Source: Gammaproteobacteria bacterium
GTDB lineage: Bacteria > Pseudomonadota > Gammaproteobacteria > GCA-001735895
Reading direction: 5' to 3'
Length of the DNA: 64,000 nt
Assembly: GCA_050298595.1 (NCBI GenBank)
Contig: JBNKUM010000076.1
Span: 75,956 to 139,955 of the forward strand
Shown: one piece after another, positions 1 through 11,257 of the stretch
Position numbering within the stretch: position 1 is the stretch's first letter
Layout of the letters: the number at the start of each line of letters is the position of its first letter
Position numbers and translations under genes: made by a program
The notes under the pieces: generated by a model
Seen by the model: the letters and a program-made list of their open reading frames with translations, nothing else
Told to the model about the DNA's origin: nothing
The model's database searches: none

Positions 1-3000
1 AATAACCGAGCGGCAGAAATACCACTGCTGCGCGAGAAAATGGCATCAGTCATGAAACGGGCCGGTCACTTACGCGGCAGCCATGCAGCCAAAGCCCTGT
101 TGAATATTATCGAGACCTTTCCGCGCGATCTATTGTTTCAAATCGACAGTGATGAACTGTATCAAACCACCATGGGCATCCTGCATTTACAGGAACGCCA
201 GCGCATCCGCCTGTTTATTCATCGCGACCTCTATGGACGCTTCTTCTCCTGCATGGTGTATGTGCCTAGAGAGTTATTCAATACCAAGGTGCGCAAGATA
301 ATCCACGGCATTCTGATGGAAAACCTGGGCGGCGAAGGTATTGAATTTAATGTCCATTTAACCGACTCGATACTGGCGCGCCTGTATTTCGTGCTTCATG
401 TATCTCCGGAATCAAACCCGGAATACGATATCGCCGACATTGAAAAACAGCTCAAGGAGGCTACACGCAACTGGGCGGACGATCTACATGATGCACTGAT
501 CGAAGGCTTTGGCGAAGAACTGGGCATGAAGTATTTTCGTCGCTATGGAGATGCATTCCGTTCCGACTATATCGACCACTATTCACCGCGCACTGCCATC
601 TACGACATCCAGCACATGGAAACCCTGATGGATGAATCCACACAGCTTGCGATGAGCCTGTATCGCCCGCTGGAAACTCCCGACGGTGTTCTTCGCTTCA
701 AGCTATTCCACATGAATAGTCCCGTATCCCTGTCCGATGCCTTACCGATGCTGGAAAACATGGGCCTAAAGGTAGAAGAGGAACACCCCAGTAAAGTCAT
801 ACGCGCAGACGCATCACTGGTCTGGATGCACGATTTCAGTATGCATTACCCATCAAACTGGCAGGTAGAGCTGGATCAGGTACGAGAAAAATTTCAGCAA
901 ACCTTCATCAGAATATGGCGCGGCGAGATTGAGAACGATGGCTTTAATCGCCTGGTATTACGCTCCGAGCTTGACTGGTGCGAAATCGTCATGCTACGCG
1001 CCTATAGTCGCTACCTGCATCAGGCTGGCACACCCTTTAGTGCCGAGTACATTGAACGCGCGCTGTCATTCAACCATGACATAACAGCACTACTGGTCAA
1101 ACTATTCCATGCCCGCTTCGATCCGCAGCATCATGAAAACTCTGCCGTCGTATGCAACGAGCTGGTCAACGAGATTGAACACCTGCTGGAAGACGTTGTG
1201 AGTCTGGATGAAGATCGCATACTGAGAAACTTCCTCTGCCTGATTCAGGCCACTCTGCGTACCAACTATTATCAGCTACAGCAAGATGGATCACCCAAAT
1301 CGTATGTATCGTTTAAGTTCGACCCGGCGCTGGTACCCGATCTGCCAGAGCCACGCCCAATGTATGAAATCTTCGTTTACTCTCCCCGTGTGGAAGGTGT
1401 ACATTTAAGAGGCGGACCGGTAGCTCGCGGTGGATTACGCTGGTCTGATCGCCGGGAAGATTTTCGTACCGAAGTACTGGGGCTGGTAAAGGCGCAAATG
1501 GTCAAGAATGCGGTCATCGTTCCGGTAGGGTCTAAGGGAGGTTTTTTCCCCAAACACTTAGGTGTCATGCTAGACCGTGAAGCGATACAGGCCGAAGGTA
1601 TAGCCTGTTATAAAACCTTTATTCGCGGCATGCTGGATATCACCGATAATCTGATCAGCGGCGAGATACAACCTCCGCCGCAGGTGGTACGCTATGACGG
1701 CGACGACCCTTATCTGGTGGTTGCAGCGGATAAGGGCACTGCCACCTTTTCCGACATCGCCAATTCCATATCAGCCGAATACAACTTCTGGCTGGGTGAT
1801 GCCTTTGCCTCAGGTGGCTCACAGGGATACGACCATAAAGCCATGGGCATCACCGCAAAAGGTGCCTGGGAATCGGTAAAACGACATTTCAGAGAGCTAG
1901 GGCTGGATACCCAGACCGAAGCTTTTACTGTTTTAGGTATCGGCGATATGGCTGGTGATGTATTTGGCAATGGCATGCTGTTATCGCGCAAAATCAAGCT
2001 GGTCGCTGCATTTAATCATATGCATATCTTTATTGATCCTGACCCCGATCCTGAAACCAGTTTTGTGGAACGTGAAAGACTATTTAATCTGCCTCGCTCC
2101 AGCTGGGAAGACTACGACAGTAAACTCATCTCGAAAGGTGGCGGTATATATTCCCGCTCATCCAAGTCTATCTCATTGACTAAAGAAGCACGTGCTTTGC
2201 TGAACACCAAAAAAGATAAAATGACACCAACCGAATTGATCAAAACCATGCTCAAAGCCCCGGTTGATCTATTATGGAACGGCGGCATAGGCACCTATGT
2301 AAAATCCTCTCATGAACAACATAGTGATGCAGGTGATCGTAACAATGATGCACTACGAGTAGATGCCACAGAGCTTGGCTGTCGTGTAGTTGGTGAAGGC
2401 GGCAATCTGGGGGTTACACAACTAGGCAGGATTGAATTCGCCTCAAAAGGCGGGCGTATTAATACCGATGCGATTGATAATTCCGCCGGGGTAGACTGCT
2501 CGGATCACGAAGTAAATATAAAAATCCTGCTGAATGCTGTGGTTCAGAATCAGGATATGACCGAAAAACAACGCAACCAGCAACTTGCCAAAATGACCGA
2601 CGAGGTAGGCGAACTGGTATTGCGTGACAATTACCTGCAAACTCAGGCCTTAAGCATAGCCCTGAGTCAAACCGTGCCATTGCTGGATGTGCATGCTCGC
2701 CTGATCAGACAGATGGAACTGGATGGGGAACTGGATCGCAGCATTGAGTTTCTACCCGGCAAGGAAGAAATCGATGAGCGCATGTCGTTGAACAAAGGAT
2801 TAACCGCGCCCGAACTTAGTGTATTGCTGGCGTATGTGAAAATACATTTATTCCAGCATTTACTGACTTCTGATCTACCGGACGAGGAGTATTTCGCCTC
2901 CTTACTGATAGAATACTTCCCTACCCCACTACGCAAGCGCTTTGAGCAATTAATGCCATCGCATCGTCTGTGCAGGGAAATCATCAGTACCGTGGTCGCC

Positions 3001-3900
3001 AATGAAATGGTCAATCGCGCTGGAATTTCATTTGCCTTCCGCCTCAAGGAAGAAACCGGCGCCAATGCCGAAAGCATTGCACGAGCATTCAGCGTAGCGC
3101 GTGAAATCTTTGCCATGCCATCCATATGGCAACAAATAGAAAGTCTGGATAATATCGTTCCTGCACAAACCCAGATCTCAATGCTACTGGAAACCCGAAA
3201 GCTGGTGGAACGTGCCTCACGCTGGTTGCTGCGCAACCGCTCTCGACCTATCGATATCAGCAGCAACATCAGCTATTTCACCCAGGGCATTCATACCCTG
3301 AGCATTGCACTACCTGATTTGCTCGGCACATCCAGTAAGCAGGACATGCTACAAACCATCGAGCGACTGATTTCTGAACAGGTACCCGCTGAGCTAGCAC
3401 AAAGTGTTTCACTATTGACCGAGCTACTAGCCTCACTGGATATAGTTGAAGTCGCTAATGGACTCAACCTGTCCGTTGAACAGGTAGCCTCTGTGTATTA
3501 CAAACTGGGTGATCAACTGGAGCTTCCATGGCTGCACCATCAGATAGTCAGCCTGCCACGCAATAACCGCTGGCAAGCTATGTCGCGCGCAGCACTGCGA
3601 GATGATATCTATAGCCAGCACCGTCAACTCACACGCGATGTGCTATTGCATGGCGACAGCCAGGACGATGCTGAACATCTGGTACAGGAATGGATGATTA
3701 GCAATGCTGACGCCATAGATCGCTGTCGCCAGATACTGTCTGATTTAAAAACAGCAGGTAAGGCTGACTTCGCCATGCTGCCGGTTGCGATGCGAGAGAT
3801 AAGAGGATTGAGTCTGATCGGTAATACGGAATCGGTTACAGAACCCCCACATGCTGAATCGAAAAAGACGACCGCTAAAACTAAACCTGGTAAAAAATAG
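1..3900 (+). CDS. gdhB: NAD-specific glutamate dehydrogenase, large form (5' end outside the window)
   Basis: Motifs RGGLRWSDRREDFRTEVLGLVKAQMVKNAVIVP, DDPYLVVAADKGTATFSD, GYDHKAMGITAKGAWES, GIGDMAGDVFGNGML; the frame is open from base 1. Confidence 0.95.
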   Translation, partial: NNRAAEIPLLREKMASVMKRAGHLRGSHAAKALLNIIETFPRDLLFQIDSDELYQTTMGILHLQERQRIRLFIHRDLYGRFFSCMVYVPRELFNTKVRKIIHGILMENLGGEGIEFNVHLTDSILARLYFVLHVSPESNPEYDIADIEKQLKEATRNWADDLHDALIEGFGEELGMKYFRRYGDAFRSDYIDHYSPRTAIYDIQHMETLMDESTQLAMSLYRPLETPDGVLRFKLFHMNSPVSLSDALPMLENMGLKVEEEHPSKVIRADASLVWMHDFSMHYPSNWQVELDQVREKFQQTFIRIWRGEIENDGFNRLVLRSELDWCEIVMLRAYSRYLHQAGTPFSAEYIERALSFNHDITALLVKLFHARFDPQHHENSAVVCNELVNEIEHLLEDVVSLDEDRILRNFLCLIQATLRTNYYQLQQDGSPKSYVSFKFDPALVPDLPEPRPMYEIFVYSPRVEGVHLRGGPVARGGLRWSDRREDFRTEVLGLVKAQMVKNAVIVPVGSKGGFFPKHLGVMLDREAIQAEGIACYKTFIRGMLDITDNLISGEIQPPPQVVRYDGDDPYLVVAADKGTATFSDIANSISAEYNFWLGDAFASGGSQGYDHKAMGITAKGAWESVKRHFRELGLDTQTEAFTVLGIGDMAGDVFGNGMLLSRKIKLVAAFNHMHIFIDPDPDPETSFVERERLFNLPRSSWEDYDSKLISKGGGIYSRSSKSISLTKEARALLNTKKDKMTPTELIKTMLKAPVDLLWNGGIGTYVKSSHEQHSDAGDRNNDALRVDATELGCRVVGEGGNLGVTQLGRIEFASKGGRINTDAIDNSAGVDCSDHEVNIKILLNAVVQNQDMTEKQRNQQLAKMTDEVGELVLRDNYLQTQALSIALSQTVPLLDVHARLIRQMELDGELDRSIEFLPGKEEIDERMSLNKGLTAPELSVLLAYVKIHLFQHLLTSDLPDEEYFASLLIEYFPTPLRKRFEQLMPSHRLCREIISTVVANEMVNRAGISFAFRLKEETGANAESIARAFSVAREIFAMPSIWQQIESLDNIVPAQTQISMLLETRKLVERASRWLLRNRSRPIDISSNISYFTQGIHTLSIALPDLLGTSSKQDMLQTIERLISEQVPAELAQSVSLLTELLASLDIVEVANGLNLSVEQVASVYYKLGDQLELPWLHHQIVSLPRNNRWQAMSRAALRDDIYSQHRQLTRDVLLHGDSQDDAEHLVQEWMISNADAIDRCRQILSDLKTAGKADFAMLPVAMREIRGLSLIGNTESVTEPPHAESKKTTAKTKPGKK

Positions 3901-3909
3901 CTATAGGTG

Positions 3910-3950
3910 AAAAATCCAGCCTGGCCGTCCAAAGCCAGGCTGGCTTTACA
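3910..3950. terminator. Probable intrinsic terminator between convergent genes
   Basis: Hairpin CCAGCCTGGC-cgtccaaa-GCCAGGCTGG flanked by A and T runs. Confidence 0.6.
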
Positions 3951-4011
3951 GACATTGACCGCCATTCTGAATGGATGCAGCTAATGGCTGCCCCCCCTGT
4001 TATTTCTTATC

Positions 4012-5706
4012 TCAGGCTGACGTCAATTGCTCCCCATCACCTCTGAGCTTATTGACAGCCAGCACCGCCTGATTCTTGCCCTGGGCCTTGGCCTGATAGA
4101 GCGCTTCATCAGCCTCCCGCAAAAGATCTTCACCTTCGCGCCCATGTACCGGGTAGATAGCCATACCCACAGAGATACTCATGCTGCCAACGTTGGCATC
4201 CATTATATCCAGAGTGAGGCGACGCACCCGTTCACACAGCCGCGCGCCCAGTTCCTTCACACTCTTCTCATCCAGATCAGGACAGACCAGGCAGAACTCT
4301 TCTCCACCGTAGCGACTAAGAGTATCTTCAATGCGGATGCATAGTTTCATCTCGCTGGCCACCTGTTTTAGCACTGTATCTCCCAGATCATGGCCGTAGG
4401 TATCATTAAAGAGCTTAAAATCATCGATATCAATCATAAGAACACAGGCCGTGGACTTGTTACGAGCGGCTCGCCCGATAATCTGAAACAGAGACTCCAT
4501 CATATAGCGCCGGTTGAACAATCCGGTAAGGGGATCACGGATCGCCTGTTGTCGTAAATCTACACGTAACTGCAAACTGGCCAGAATAATGGACATCTGC
4601 TCAGCCAGTGTCTGCGCCATCTTGATATCCTCGGCTCGCCAGTCTGGCGCATCGGTAAGAATGGTAAAGGTCCCCAGGCTTTCGCCCTGTGCCACAAGGG
4701 GAATACACAGGCTTTGGGAGAAGGACTGGGATTCCAGGTGCTGGCACAGCATTCTCAGATCATCTTCGTTGGAACGATGACTACGTCCCTTGCGCATAGC
4801 CCAGCATTGATCGGGGGCAAACTGCTCTGCACCCTCCCATGTCTCACCCCAACTGACCAGTAACTCTTCCATATTACGCGAGGCCTTGGTGATATAAACC
4901 CCACCACTGGTTCCCGGGAGGATACGCTCGACGATGAGCTGGATTACATCGCCAGCCTCCTGCATGCTGCTGCAGGCACCCAAAGAACTACCAAGCCGCT
5001 GCAGCATAGCGATATCCTGGGTGCGATTTTCCACCTCAAACTCCAGTGCTTCGGTGGCCTCGGATAGTTGGCGTGACAGCTGCCCGGACTGCAGTACTCC
5101 GACCCCCAGGATGGAGAAGATGCCCAGGATGGCAACAACAACAAAGGCAAGCTGGATTGGATACAATTGCTTGCCCACAGCCTCCATATCTATAGCCGCA
5201 CGCACCACATGGAAAAGGCGTGGAGCCTCTTCTTCATGCGAGCTGTCTGCATGCGGTTTGTCGATGTGGTCTACGGCACCCCTCAGTCTTACCGCAACAT
5301 AGAGCATTTCATTATCCAGAGAGGCGCCAGGGCGTTGAGCTATGCCCAAATCTGTGTTCAAAGCTGCCTGAACCTCTGGTCGATGAAGATGGTTGTCCAT
5401 CTTGCTCAGCTGCGTAACCGATATCGCCGAATCACCAACAATCAGACCATCGGACCTGATGATGCTAATTCTCCTGTTGCTAGATCTCCCCAACTCATCC
5501 GCCACCGCATCCATATCATGGATATCATCATTGACGCCATGCAGCGAAATAGCGAAGGCCGCTGTATTAGCAGAATGGGTCAGGTCTTCCAGTATGTGGC
5601 CTCGAACCTGATTGGTGACATAATAGTCAAGGGCATACAGCAGCACAGCAGTCACGCAGATTACTGCCAGGGTGGGAGTGACCGCCAGTCTGAACCGCAT
5701 ATCCAT
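4012..5706 (-). CDS. Membrane diguanylate cyclase (periplasmic sensor + GAF + GGDEF)
   Basis: Two TM segments, PhoR-like NHLHRPEV sensor, GAF with CWAMRKG..H and CIPLVAQGESLG, DPLTGLFNRR, RYGGEEF. Confidence 0.9.
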   Translation of the reverse strand: MDMRFRLAVTPTLAVICVTAVLLYALDYYVTNQVRGHILEDLTHSANTAAFAISLHGVNDDIHDMDAVADELGRSSNRRISIIRSDGLIVGDSAISVTQLSKMDNHLHRPEVQAALNTDLGIAQRPGASLDNEMLYVAVRLRGAVDHIDKPHADSSHEEEAPRLFHVVRAAIDMEAVGKQLYPIQLAFVVVAILGIFSILGVGVLQSGQLSRQLSEATEALEFEVENRTQDIAMLQRLGSSLGACSSMQEAGDVIQLIVERILPGTSGGVYITKASRNMEELLVSWGETWEGAEQFAPDQCWAMRKGRSHRSNEDDLRMLCQHLESQSFSQSLCIPLVAQGESLGTFTILTDAPDWRAEDIKMAQTLAEQMSIILASLQLRVDLRQQAIRDPLTGLFNRRYMMESLFQIIGRAARNKSTACVLMIDIDDFKLFNDTYGHDLGDTVLKQVASEMKLCIRIEDTLSRYGGEEFCLVCPDLDEKSVKELGARLCERVRRLTLDIMDANVGSMSISVGMAIYPVHGREGEDLLREADEALYQAKAQGKNQAVLAVNKLRGDGEQLTSA

Positions 5707-6205
5707 ATCGATTTTCCCTCAACTTTTATGAAATGATTCTAGGCCTTTATTAGGGCCAGCAGACTGAAATATGGACCGCTACCAGCAAAATATCAAGGGG
5801 CGTGACTGTCCTTTGTTTATCAGGCTTTTAGTTTCACAGGAGTATAGAAAGGATCGCAATAGCGTTACTTGTCAATCACACTTCATAAGGAGTCAGACTC
5901 CATACACGTTAATAGCTGCCGATTAAAAACCGTTAGTGTTTTTCATGGTCATGCTTTAAGCGCTCGGCTATCCCGTCCTGTTTGCTGGTAACTGACTCAA
6001 CTAACCCGTTAAATAGTACAACGACAGCAAGTAACTGATGCTTATCGAGCTTCTAAACCCGATTACGGCGCGAAGGGTCAGTCATTAGATTTATGATCAG
6101 GAAGTTTTTTTATCACTCCTATACTTCTCTCGTTTATCTATACTAAGTGGTAAATATATTGAAGGATGGAATGGACGTGAGAAAAATGAATATCTGGAGG
6201 ATATT

Positions 6206-8041
6206 TTGGAAATACTGGATGTAATCAGGGTTATCAGCTTCAGATCAAGCCTGTTCGTACGTATTTTCTCCACCACTGTGGTGGTTATCTGCGTGTTATT
6301 CGCGATCATGTATGTACTGGCTGTCCCATTCATCCAGACTACCGTGGGAGGGATCGAGAAGAACGAGGCGCACACCATTTTGAATGGTGTCTACTCGATG
6401 GTGGAACAAACCCATCTGGATATCGAAGATTATCGCCACTCCATCGTTCTGGAACGCAAGGAGCAACTTCGCAACATTATTTCAGTAGCCGAAGCGCGCA
6501 CTACAATTCTCGAAGCCCAGGTGCACAGTGGGGAACTCAGCAGGACGCAGGCCATCAAGATATTGCTGAATGAACTGCGCCACATCAAATATGGTCACGA
6601 CGATTACATCTGGGCGGCGAATTACCATTCCGTACTAATCTCACATCCAGACCCGAAGTTGAACTATGCTGACTTCTCAAACGAGCGGGATTTTCACGGC
6701 AATCTGATTGTGCCTCCTATGGTAGCGGGGGCCAGGACTATCGGGGAAGGTTTTCACTCCTACTGGTGGCGTCGACTGGGTGAACAGCAACCTATTGAGA
6801 AACTCAGCTACTACAGGCACATCCCGTTCTTTGATCTGGTTATAGGCACAGGTGTCTATATGGACGACATAGAAAACACCGTGAGCCTCAAGCGAAACCT
6901 TGCAGTCGAGGAGCTGCGTCATCAGTTACGCAACACCCATATCGCCAGAACCGGCTATGTCTATATCTTTGATGGGAACAAGAACATGGTCATCCATCCC
7001 AACCCCAACATCGAAGGCAAGGATTTCTCCGAACAGCTCAATCCGTCCACGCAACAGCCGATCGGCCAGCAATTGATGTTGTATGCCGACAAAAAGGATG
7101 GAATGCGCTACCTGTGGGACCGCCCTTCCGATCCCGGAAACTATATATACGACAAGATTTCCTGGGTGCGCTATTTCAAGGAATTTGACTGGTACATCTG
7201 CAGCTCAGTGTATGTCGGCGAGCTTGATGAAAGCGCGCTCATTCTGAAAAACCGGGTGTTGGCGATATTTGCAACTACCCTGATATTTTCCTTCCTGCTG
7301 GTGTATATGTTTGTGAAGAAACTGACGACTCCATTACACCAATTGGGCGATACTGCATTGCGAGTGGAAAACGGTGATCTTGATGCGCGCTGCGATGTGA
7401 ACCGGAGCGATGAGATAGGCGTTGTGGTGACAGCATTTAATGGCATGGTAGATCGCCTGCAGGATAACATCATGCATCTTGATGCCAAGGTCGTGGAGCG
7501 TACCAATGAACTTCAAATACTAAATGGTAAGCTCGAAGCATTGAGTTCGACAGACGGATTAACGGGCATCGCAAACCGCCGACATTTTGATAAGGTGCTA
7601 TCGAGTGAGTGGAGCCGCGCGGCGCGCCTGGGGCAGCCTCTGGCACTGGCAATGCTTGATATAGACTGGTTCAAAAAATACAACGATCATTATGGACACC
7701 TGGCGGGCGATGAATGCCTGCGCAGTGTTGCCAGCTTCTTTACTTCCAACATCAGCCGCAACAGCGATCTGGTTGCGCGCTATGGCGGAGAGGAATTCGC
7801 TTTTATTGTGCCTGCAACTGACGGGAGTAGAGCACTGAGTATGGCGCGAAAAGTTTGCGAAGCACTTTATGCATTAGCACTCCCGCACGAACTGTCCCCC
7901 TATGCAAGTGTAACCGTGAGCATCGGTATCGCGGCAATGGTTCCACAAAAAATAGATGCTCCGAATATTTTATTGAAGGCAGCAGACGAGGCACTGTACC
8001 GAGCCAAGGAGCAGGGACGCAATCAGGCTGTACTCGCATAG
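6206..8041 (+). CDS. Cache-HAMP-GGDEF diguanylate cyclase
   Basis: Cache motifs (YGHDDYIW, IGTGVYMDDI, GYVYIFD), HAMP (DEIGVVVTAFNGM), DGLTGIANRR, RYGGEEF; start uncertain. Confidence 0.9.
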   Translation: MEILDVIRVISFRSSLFVRIFSTTVVVICVLFAIMYVLAVPFIQTTVGGIEKNEAHTILNGVYSMVEQTHLDIEDYRHSIVLERKEQLRNIISVAEARTTILEAQVHSGELSRTQAIKILLNELRHIKYGHDDYIWAANYHSVLISHPDPKLNYADFSNERDFHGNLIVPPMVAGARTIGEGFHSYWWRRLGEQQPIEKLSYYRHIPFFDLVIGTGVYMDDIENTVSLKRNLAVEELRHQLRNTHIARTGYVYIFDGNKNMVIHPNPNIEGKDFSEQLNPSTQQPIGQQLMLYADKKDGMRYLWDRPSDPGNYIYDKISWVRYFKEFDWYICSSVYVGELDESALILKNRVLAIFATTLIFSFLLVYMFVKKLTTPLHQLGDTALRVENGDLDARCDVNRSDEIGVVVTAFNGMVDRLQDNIMHLDAKVVERTNELQILNGKLEALSSTDGLTGIANRRHFDKVLSSEWSRAARLGQPLALAMLDIDWFKKYNDHYGHLAGDECLRSVASFFTSNISRNSDLVARYGGEEFAFIVPATDGSRALSMARKVCEALYALALPHELSPYASVTVSIGIAAMVPQKIDAPNILLKAADEALYRAKEQGRNQAVLA

Positions 8042-8061
8042 CTATAGAGTGAAGTTATAAT

Positions 8062-8892
8062 CTACGCCCTCATCAAGCGCAAATAATTCCCCATCAACAT
8101 CAATATACCCCCGATCAACAGCGAGATTTCAAACGCTTCGTTGTAAAGCAAGACACCCACCAGAGCTATCAGCGGAAGACGCAGGAAATCTATCGTAACA
8201 ATTAACGTTACCTCTGCATATTGCATGGCCTTTGCCATGCAGAAATGCGCCGATATTGCGCTTAGTCCGATGGTGACAAGCCAGACCCATTGCAGCTGAT
8301 CGGGCCATTGCCAGTCTGCCAGCGATAGCAGCAGCCCTATGGGTAACTGGACTATGCACATAAAGAAGATGACCGTTAGTGGCTTCTCGCTGCTGGAAAG
8401 CTGCTTGGTAGTCGAATGCACAACGGCAAAACAGAGTGCGGCACCGAGTACTATCAGCGAAGCCGAATTAATGATAGCAAATCCCGGCTTGACGATGACC
8501 AGCACCCCAATCATACCGAGAATTATCGCAGCCACTTTCCTGGGTGTTATCTTCTCATTTAGAAATAGCGCTGCAATTATCAGGGTCCATAAGGGGACCG
8601 TGAATTCGAGTGCAAATACCTCGGCCAGTGGCAATACTCCTATCCCCACAAACCAGCCATATTGACCAATAAAATGAAAAACATTTCTGAACACATGCAG
8701 GCCAATACGTTTTGAATAAACCTGATCACCTTTATTACGCAGGTACATGATCAGGCCTATAACAATCAGGCCAAATAGACTGCGAAAAAACAACGTTTGA
8801 TAGATGGATAATTCACCGCTTAACTCTCTGGCCCCTATAGCCAGTAAACTAAAAGACAGCAGTGCCGCACACATCCATAGCAATGCCTTCAT
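8062..8892 (-). CDS. DMT/EamA family transporter
   Basis: About 10 hydrophobic helices, LPLAEVFALEFTVPLW, duplicated EamA pattern. Confidence 0.85.
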   Translation of the reverse strand: MKALLWMCAALLSFSLLAIGARELSGELSIYQTLFFRSLFGLIVIGLIMYLRNKGDQVYSKRIGLHVFRNVFHFIGQYGWFVGIGVLPLAEVFALEFTVPLWTLIIAALFLNEKITPRKVAAIILGMIGVLVIVKPGFAIINSASLIVLGAALCFAVVHSTTKQLSSSEKPLTVIFFMCIVQLPIGLLLSLADWQWPDQLQWVWLVTIGLSAISAHFCMAKAMQYAEVTLIVTIDFLRLPLIALVGVLLYNEAFEISLLIGGILMLMGNYLRLMRA

Positions 8893-8960
8893 TCAGTAAT
8901 GCTCATTTCACCGAAACTATCCTTTATCATTTCATTCACAGACATTATCTGATGACTACC

Positions 8961-9656
8961 TTAATTTATTTTCAATTCCTGACCCGGCTGTATGGTATCG
9001 CTGCTCAGCCCATTAAGCGATTTTATGGTTGCAACCGGTATACCCAGCGTGCGCGATATCTTCCACAACGAATCACTCGCTTTAACTTTATAGGTTGCAG
9101 GTATCAATAAAGGCGAACTATCATTCTGCGCACTATCTGCATCTTCATCATCATGGATTTTATACTCGATTAAAAACTGAGCCACATCGAAACAGGGGCA
9201 GGCCTTGGCGGGTGCGCCTGTTAATCGAATCAAATCTCTATGTCCCAGTATGGTTACCCTGTCAGGCGTTTCGTGAGAGGCGAGAAATTCTCGAATCAAT
9301 CGCGCAAGCGTTTGATATTGCTTGCGTGTAAAGTTATCTTCCGGCCTGCCATTGGCATCCAGCCCACCGGCCAGACTCACTCCAAAACTGCGCTTATTCC
9401 AGCCGGGACCACAGCCCCCCACATGCGCACCTTTCTGATCTACCGCTCGGGTCGGAAACCCCTGATCGAACATTTCCAGTTTACCTTCACGCGTAATCAC
9501 AGCGTGATAACCACAACCGCTCCAGCCGCGTTTTTTATGTTCCTCGTCCACCCATCTGGAATCGATATTTTTCTGACTTACCTTAGTCGCCGTACAATGT
9601 ACGACCAGGTGATCATACGGGGTGATACGTGGATCGATTTTCTTGAAAATTGCCAT
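8961..9656 (-). CDS. N-acetylmuramoyl-L-alanine amidase (Amidase_2, T7-lysozyme-like) with C-terminal LysM
   Basis: HLVVHCTAT, RGWSGCGYH, GAHVGG, GHRDL, KACPCFDV; LysM YKVKASDSLWKIS...LNGL..DTIQPGQELKI. Confidence 0.9.
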   Translation of the reverse strand: MAIFKKIDPRITPYDHLVVHCTATKVSQKNIDSRWVDEEHKKRGWSGCGYHAVITREGKLEMFDQGFPTRAVDQKGAHVGGCGPGWNKRSFGVSLAGGLDANGRPEDNFTRKQYQTLARLIREFLASHETPDRVTILGHRDLIRLTGAPAKACPCFDVAQFLIEYKIHDDEDADSAQNDSSPLLIPATYKVKASDSLWKISRTLGIPVATIKSLNGLSSDTIQPGQELKIN

Positions 9657-9710
9657 CGCTTTATCCCTGTTTTTTTTGACCGGAATACAGAGTAACCTAG
9701 CGCCTTTTAA

Positions 9711-10205
9711 ATGTTAAGCCTTACCATGATTGATATTCAAACCGCAAATCTTTCCAATCCCCTGCACGGACAGGCCATTGTGACTCTACTGGACGAGTAC
9801 GCCAGGCACCCAATGGGAGGCGGTGAAGCGCTTCCCGAGTTTACGCGCAATAATCTGGCAAACGCGCTTGCCTCACGCACTGACTGTACAGTCATTCTTG
9901 CCTGGGATGGAGATCGCCCAGTTGGACTATGTAATTGCTTTGAGTGTTTTTCGACCTTTGCCTGCAAACCGATATTAAATATACACGACGTATATGTCGC
10001 AGAGGATTATCGAGGCCAGGGGATTGCCAGTCAGATGATGCAAAAAGCTGAGCAGCTTGCGCGTGCTAAGGGCTGTTGCAAACTGACTCTCGAAGTTCTT
10101 ACACACAATAAAGCTGCCAAAGCATCCTATACTGCATCCGGCTATGTACCCTACCAGCTTAACAGTGAATTCGGACAGGCTGAGTTTTGGCAAAAATCAA
10201 TATAA
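9711..10205 (+). CDS. GNAT family N-acetyltransferase
   Basis: NIHDVYVAEDYRGQGIA, GCCKLTLEVL..N..AKASY. Confidence 0.9.
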   Translation: MLSLTMIDIQTANLSNPLHGQAIVTLLDEYARHPMGGGEALPEFTRNNLANALASRTDCTVILAWDGDRPVGLCNCFECFSTFACKPILNIHDVYVAEDYRGQGIASQMMQKAEQLARAKGCCKLTLEVLTHNKAAKASYTASGYVPYQLNSEFGQAEFWQKSI

Positions 10206-10291
10206 GCTAGTCGCATCAGGATTAGACCAGACCTCACCGTGTGGCTATAATGCCGCACTTTTAGTAGCACTATAACAACGGTATCTACCCC

Positions 10292-11143
10292 ATGTCTTCA
10301 ATTGTACTTGATGGAAAAGCCCTCGCCACCCAGTTTGAAACCCAGCTCACCGAACGTGTCACTGCAATAAAACAGAAGACTCAGGGTGTCACGCCTATTC
10401 TGGCTACCATACTGGTGGGAGATGATCCGGCCTCAGAAACCTATGTCAAAATGAAGGGCAATGCCTGCAAACGCGTAGGTATGGATTCCATACGACTGGT
10501 TCTCGATCAAAACACTACCACCGAACAACTGATGGCAGAGATCGACCAACTGAATAAAAATCCGGATGTGCATGGGATTCTGCTACAGCATCCCGTGCCT
10601 GAACAGATTGATGAACGTCTGTGTTTTGATTCTATTGCCCTGAATAAAGATGTCGATGGCGTCACTTCACTGGGATTCGGCAAGATGGCGATGCAGGAAT
10701 TCGCCTATGGCTCCGCGACCCCGGCCGGTATCATGAGCATATTAAAGGCATACGATATCGAGCTTTCGGGTAAGCACGCTGTCGTCATCGGTCGCAGCGC
10801 CATCCTTGGTAAACCCATGGCGATGATGCTACTTAACGAGAATGCCACCGTCACCATCTGCCATTCACGCACCAAAGACCTGCCCTCACTGGTAAAACAG
10901 GCTGATATCGTGGTAGGTGCTGTAGGCAAGCCTGAGTTAATCAAAGGTGACTGGATCAAGGATGGGGCTGTGGTCGTTGATGCCGGATACCATCCCGGCG
11001 GTATTGGCGACATTGAACTGGATGCCATCAAACAGCGCTGTTATGCCTATACACCCGTACCTGGTGGCGTAGGACCTATGACTATTGCCACTCTGATCGA
11101 ACAGACAGTCAGCGCGGCAGAAAGGCATTACGAGATATATTAG
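10292..11143 (+). CDS. folD: Bifunctional methylenetetrahydrofolate dehydrogenase/cyclohydrolase
   Basis: [40 protein letters not shown]. Confidence 0.97.
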   Translation: MSSIVLDGKALATQFETQLTERVTAIKQKTQGVTPILATILVGDDPASETYVKMKGNACKRVGMDSIRLVLDQNTTTEQLMAEIDQLNKNPDVHGILLQHPVPEQIDERLCFDSIALNKDVDGVTSLGFGKMAMQEFAYGSATPAGIMSILKAYDIELSGKHAVVIGRSAILGKPMAMMLLNENATVTICHSRTKDLPSLVKQADIVVGAVGKPELIKGDWIKDGAVVVDAGYHPGGIGDIELDAIKQRCYAYTPVPGGVGPMTIATLIEQTVSAAERHYEIY

Positions 11144-11257
11144 CAAATTCTTATATTGTTAATTAACGCCTGATTCTATATACTCTTCGCCATTCTAACC
11201 ATAAAATAAAATATCCTTTGCTTGTAATATAAGGGATATAAGCGGAGAGCCTGTCAC

